This document shows positions 60,223 through 64,000 of a DNA stretch of 64,000 nucleotides, in pieces (position 1 is the stretch's first letter; every line of letters starts with the position of its first letter). Position numbers and translations under genes: made by a program. Under the pieces are notes generated by a model. It saw only the letters and a program-made list of their open reading frames with translations. It was not told the DNA's origin and ran no database searches. Source of the DNA: Candidatus Cloacimonadota bacterium. Its GTDB lineage: Bacteria; Cloacimonadota; Cloacimonadia; G963667145. The stretch spans positions 1,248,001-1,312,000 of the forward strand of contig OY781092.1 in assembly GCA_963676615.1 (NCBI GenBank). The letters run 5' to 3'.

Positions 60223-61484
60223 TCCCACTAGCAGAGCTGCAACGACCGACAACGGCGCAAGATTTGGTCGGACAAACAAAATTGCTCAAAGAATCGCCCG
60301 TGCTCACAGATTTTATGAGCGGGCAATACTTGTCGTCGTTTTTGATGTGGGGACCGCCCGGCTGCGGCAAAACCACCATCGCCAAAATCGTTTTGCACAA
60401 TAGCGGACTGCCTTGGCAGCAATTTTCGGCGGTGCATTCCAGCATCACCAAAATCAAAAGCTTTATGGCACAAGCCGACCAGCTTTTTTCGCTAAACAAA
60501 CAAGCGACCATCGTCTTCATCGACGAAATCCACCGCTTCAACAAAGCCCAACAAGATGCCTTTTTGCCCTACATCGAATCGGGAGCGATTATCCTCATCG
60601 GCGCAACAACCGAAAATCCGTCTTTCGAGATAATCTCCGCGCTGCTCTCGCGCTGCCATCTTTTTGTATTGGAGAGCCTGAGCACGCAAGAAATCTTGCA
60701 AATAGTAGAGCGAGTGGATACCCAAAAAGTCAAAATCGAAAAAAGCGTGCTGCAATATATCGCCGAGATCTCGCAAGGCGACGCCCGTGTGGCTCTGCGG
60801 GATTTGGAGCTACTTTTGCAAAGCGGAAAGCAGCAAATCGACCTCGAGCAGTCGCAAACCATTTTGCAGGCGAAAGCCGCCAGCTACGACAAAAACGGCG
60901 AAGAACATTACAATCTGATTTCCGCCTTTCACAAAGCGATGCGAGGCAGCGACCCGCAAGCCTCTCTCTATTGGCTGGCTCGGATGTTGCAGGCAGGCGA
61001 AGACCCAAAATTTATCGCCCGCAGAATGATCAGAATCGCCAGCGAAGATGTCGGCCTTGCCGATCCACAAGCGATGAGCCAAGCGGTGGACGCCCAAAAA
61101 GCGCTGGATTGCGTCGGAATGCCAGAAGCGAGCGTAAGTCTTGCTCAAGCAACAATTTACATCGCCACGGCTCCAAAAAGCAACAAAATCGAAATTGCGT
61201 GGCTAAAAGCAGCCGAACAAGCCCAAAAAACGCAGCACCTAAAAGTGCCGCATCTCCTGCGCAACGCTCCAACAAAATTGATGCAAGAGCTTGGCTATAA
61301 ACGAGGTTACAAATATGCGCACGACTTCCCAAACGCCTACGCGTATCAAAAATATTTTCCCGATAGTATGAACGAAGCTGTCTATTACGCACCCACAGAT
61401 TTCGGCTTTGAATCTGAAATAAAAAAACGACTTCACTGGTGGAACACCCTGAAAAATAAAGAGTTAAAAAAAGGTAAAAAATGA
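60219..61484 (+). CDS. rarA: Replication-associated recombination protein A
   Basis: WGPPGCGKTT, FIDEIHRFNKAQQD, GATTENPSF, ISAFHKAMRGSD, ASEDVGLAD. Confidence 0.96.
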   Translation: MIPLAELQRPTTAQDLVGQTKLLKESPVLTDFMSGQYLSSFLMWGPPGCGKTTIAKIVLHNSGLPWQQFSAVHSSITKIKSFMAQADQLFSLNKQATIVFIDEIHRFNKAQQDAFLPYIESGAIILIGATTENPSFEIISALLSRCHLFVLESLSTQEILQIVERVDTQKVKIEKSVLQYIAEISQGDARVALRDLELLLQSGKQQIDLEQSQTILQAKAASYDKNGEEHYNLISAFHKAMRGSDPQASLYWLARMLQAGEDPKFIARRMIRIASEDVGLADPQAMSQAVDAQKALDCVGMPEASVSLAQATIYIATAPKSNKIEIAWLKAAEQAQKTQHLKVPHLLRNAPTKLMQELGYKRGYKYAHDFPNAYAYQKYFPDSMNEAVYYAPTDFGFESEIKKRLHWWNTLKNKELKKGKK

Positions 61485-63277
61485 AAATCAAAAATATCGC
61501 CATAATCGCCCATGTTGACCATGGCAAAACGACGCTGATGGACGCAATTTTGCACGCCACTGGCACTTTTAGCGAAAGAGAAGAGACCGTTGAACGAGTA
61601 ATGGATTCCGACAATCAAGAGCGCGAGCGGGGCATCACCATCTACGCAAAAAACGCCGCCGTAAACTACAAAGATTACAAAATCAACATCATCGACACGC
61701 CAGGGCACGCCGATTTTGGCAGCGAAGTAGAGCGCGTGCTCAAGAGCATCGACGCCACAATTTTGGTGGTGGACGCTCACGAAGGACCGATGCCCCAAAC
61801 AAAATTCGTCTTGCAAAAATCTATCGAGCAGGGCAAAAAAATCTTGGTGGTCATCAACAAAATCGACAAACCGACTTCTCGCCCAGATTGGGTCATCGAC
61901 CAGCTTTTCGACCTTTTTGTCAGCCTCGGCGCCAGCGACCAGCAGCTCGACTTTCCCTATATTTACGCCATCGCTCGCGACTCGATCGCAATCAAAAATT
62001 TGGACGACAAACATGAAAATATCGACCCGCTTTTGGACTTCATCTTGGAGCACGCACCCGATGCACCATCGGACGAAGAAGCGCCGTTCAGAATGCAGCC
62101 TGCCACTTTGGACTACGACAACTTTTTAGGCAGAATCGCCATCGGCAGAGTCTTCGAGGGAACAATCAACACCAAAGACGAAGTGTGGGTTACCACCAAA
62201 AACGGCAAAAAAAAGGGCAAAATCGAGAAACTTTTCACGCATCACGGCTTAAAAAGAGTCGAGACAAAAAAAGTAGTCGCGGGTGACATCGTCGCCATTG
62301 CGGGCATCAGCGACATCTATGTCGGGCAAACTATCGCCCAGTTTGAAGACACACCTGCGATTCCCACCACCAAAATCGACCCGCCAACTCTGGCGATGAA
62401 CTTTATGGTGAACTCCTCGCCGTTTGCGGGAAAAGAGGGAAAATTCGTCACTGGCAACCAAATCAAAGACCGACTTTTGCGAGAAACACAAACAAATGTC
62501 GGGCTGAAGCTGGAAATTTCCGAAACTTCGGACAAAATCAAAGTGCTCGGACGCGGCGAGATGCACCTTGCAGTGCTAATCGAAAATATGCGCCGAGAGG
62601 GTTTCGAGCTGCAAGTTTCGCAAGCCGAAGTGATTATGCACGAGAAAGAGGGCAAAATCTGGGAGCCTGTGGAAAATGTGGTCATAAACCTGCCCGAAGC
62701 TTACTCTGGCGCGATTATCAACCTCTTGTCACAACGAAAAGGCGAGCTATTGAACATCACCTCAGACAACGGCAACTCGACGCTCGAGTTTGAAGTCCCC
62801 TCGCGCGGACTTTTGGGCTTCCGCTCAACTTTCGTCGTCGTCACCAAAGGCGAAGGCACGCTCTTCAGCGGCTACAGCAAACTTGCACCATACTACGGCG
62901 AAATCCGCAAACGACAAGCTGGCTCGCTCATATCTGGCGAAACTGGCAAAGCCACTGGCTACTCTCTCTGGAAACTGCAAGATCGAGGTCCGCTGTTCAT
63001 TTCTGCCAACACAGACATCTACGAGGGAATGATTTTGGGCGAATCGAACAAGGGGCAAGACCTGACCGTTAACGCGATCAAAGGCAAAAAGCTGACCAAT
63101 GTGCGCTCTTCGGGAGCGGACGACGCCATCGACCTTGTGCCGCCCGTGCAAATGACGCTGGAAAAGGCGCTGGAATACATCAAAGAGGACGAATATGTGG
63201 AAATCACGCCGCAAAATATCCGCCTGCGAAAAAAATATTTAACCGAAAACGAGAGACGACGGAATTATAAGAAATAA
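61481..63277 (+). CDS. typA: Translational GTPase TypA/BipA
   Basis: [43 protein letters not shown]. Confidence 0.97.
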   Translation: MKIKNIAIIAHVDHGKTTLMDAILHATGTFSEREETVERVMDSDNQERERGITIYAKNAAVNYKDYKINIIDTPGHADFGSEVERVLKSIDATILVVDAHEGPMPQTKFVLQKSIEQGKKILVVINKIDKPTSRPDWVIDQLFDLFVSLGASDQQLDFPYIYAIARDSIAIKNLDDKHENIDPLLDFILEHAPDAPSDEEAPFRMQPATLDYDNFLGRIAIGRVFEGTINTKDEVWVTTKNGKKKGKIEKLFTHHGLKRVETKKVVAGDIVAIAGISDIYVGQTIAQFEDTPAIPTTKIDPPTLAMNFMVNSSPFAGKEGKFVTGNQIKDRLLRETQTNVGLKLEISETSDKIKVLGRGEMHLAVLIENMRREGFELQVSQAEVIMHEKEGKIWEPVENVVINLPEAYSGAIINLLSQRKGELLNITSDNGNSTLEFEVPSRGLLGFRSTFVVVTKGEGTLFSGYSKLAPYYGEIRKRQAGSLISGETGKATGYSLWKLQDRGPLFISANTDIYEGMILGESNKGQDLTVNAIKGKKLTNVRSSGADDAIDLVPPVQMTLEKALEYIKEDEYVEITPQNIRLRKKYLTENERRRNYKK

Positions 63278-63296
63278 AAGTATACAAAAATAAATT

Positions 63297-63996
63297 ATGA
63301 CAAAATACCTAAAACTATTGCGAGTTAATCAGTACATTAAAAACACACTAATATTCGCCCCGCTGTTTTTCTCATTCAGCTACAACAAAACCAGTGCAAC
63401 AATCAACAGCCTAGTTGCCTTTTTACTGTTTTGTTCACTCGCCAGCTCAATTTACATAATAAACGATATTTTCGACCTAAAATCTGACCGAAAGCACCCT
63501 GTCAAAAAAAATCGCCATAATCGATTTTGTTACCGTGGGAATTTTTTATCTCATTCGCATTTTCATTGGAAGCTTTTCCTCCGGCATTTTTCCAACTCCT
63601 TGGCTAATAATTATGACATTTCTTCTATCCCTTGTGATAACCATCGCCAAGCGAAGAGGCGAACTCGTATCCCAACTACAAAACAACTCCTCACGCAAAG
63701 TCCTCTCACATTACAACAAAACCTTGCTAGATGCCTACTTGACAATGATTTCAGGCATCACCATCGTAAGCTACATCCTATATTCTCTATCACCTGAAGT
63801 TATGCTCACAATTGGCTCAAAATATTTATTCTCCACAGCTTTTTGGGTAATAATTGGCTTTTTTAGATTTTTACAATCAATTTTTGTCAACAACAGTCTC
63901 GAAGACCCAATTCGTTTTTTCTATAAAGACAATTTTATCAAAATCACTATTTTCTTATGGATTCTAAATTTTATTTTCCTAAGGAGCATAAATTGA
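63297..63996 (+). pseudogene. UbiA-family prenyltransferase (decaprenyl-phosphate phosphoribosyltransferase-like), frameshifted and apparently internally deleted
   Basis: Frame 1: LRVNQYIKN...YIINDIFDLKSDRKHPVKKNR; +1 frame: KKIAIID...KRRGEL...EDP; frames switch at the A8 tract 63504-63511. Confidence 0.75.
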
Positions 63997-64000
63997 AAAA

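Overview
This is a chromosomal window from an anaerobic diderm bacterium. The ribosomal-protein style and gene content suggest Cloacimonadota or a related FCB-group lineage; that is inference, not checked by search. Bases 1-8176 hold tuf plus the S10/spc ribosomal protein operon on the minus strand, with no fusA upstream. The rest is mostly housekeeping and catabolic genes: fabI, three tRNAs (fMet, Met, Arg-UCU), NlpD-like peptidase, MsbA-like ABC exporter, surE, an aldolase plus MtaD-like deaminase, ygfK, a nucleoside ABC transporter, two CPA2 antiporter-PTS EIIA fusions, dtd, pdp, an AsnRS-like asparagine synthetase, an SPS-like glycosyltransferase plus kinase, nadK, mltA, deoD, Na/Pi and amino-acid transporters, a 2-oxoacid:ferredoxin oxidoreductase operon, recA-recX, gltS, rarA and typA. 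Accessory elements include a complete IS256 (8-bp target duplication) splitting a beta-barrel gene, a catalytically truncated IS5 ORF coupled to rarA, two deletion pseudogenes, a DUF6338-like gene with an overlapping small peptide ORF, a Fic protein with Gln at the catalytic His position, and a YhcG nuclease. The best leads for new biology are promoters with perfect TTGACA but no canonical -10, a candidate sRNA near 24.5 kb, the glycosyltransferase/kinase pair, the possibly domesticated IS5 fragment, a surface-protein locus with several hallmarks of variation, and a block of about 4 kb with reversed strand skew. No CRISPR array, prophage or recognisable complete defence system was seen. All family assignments come from motif recognition by eye.
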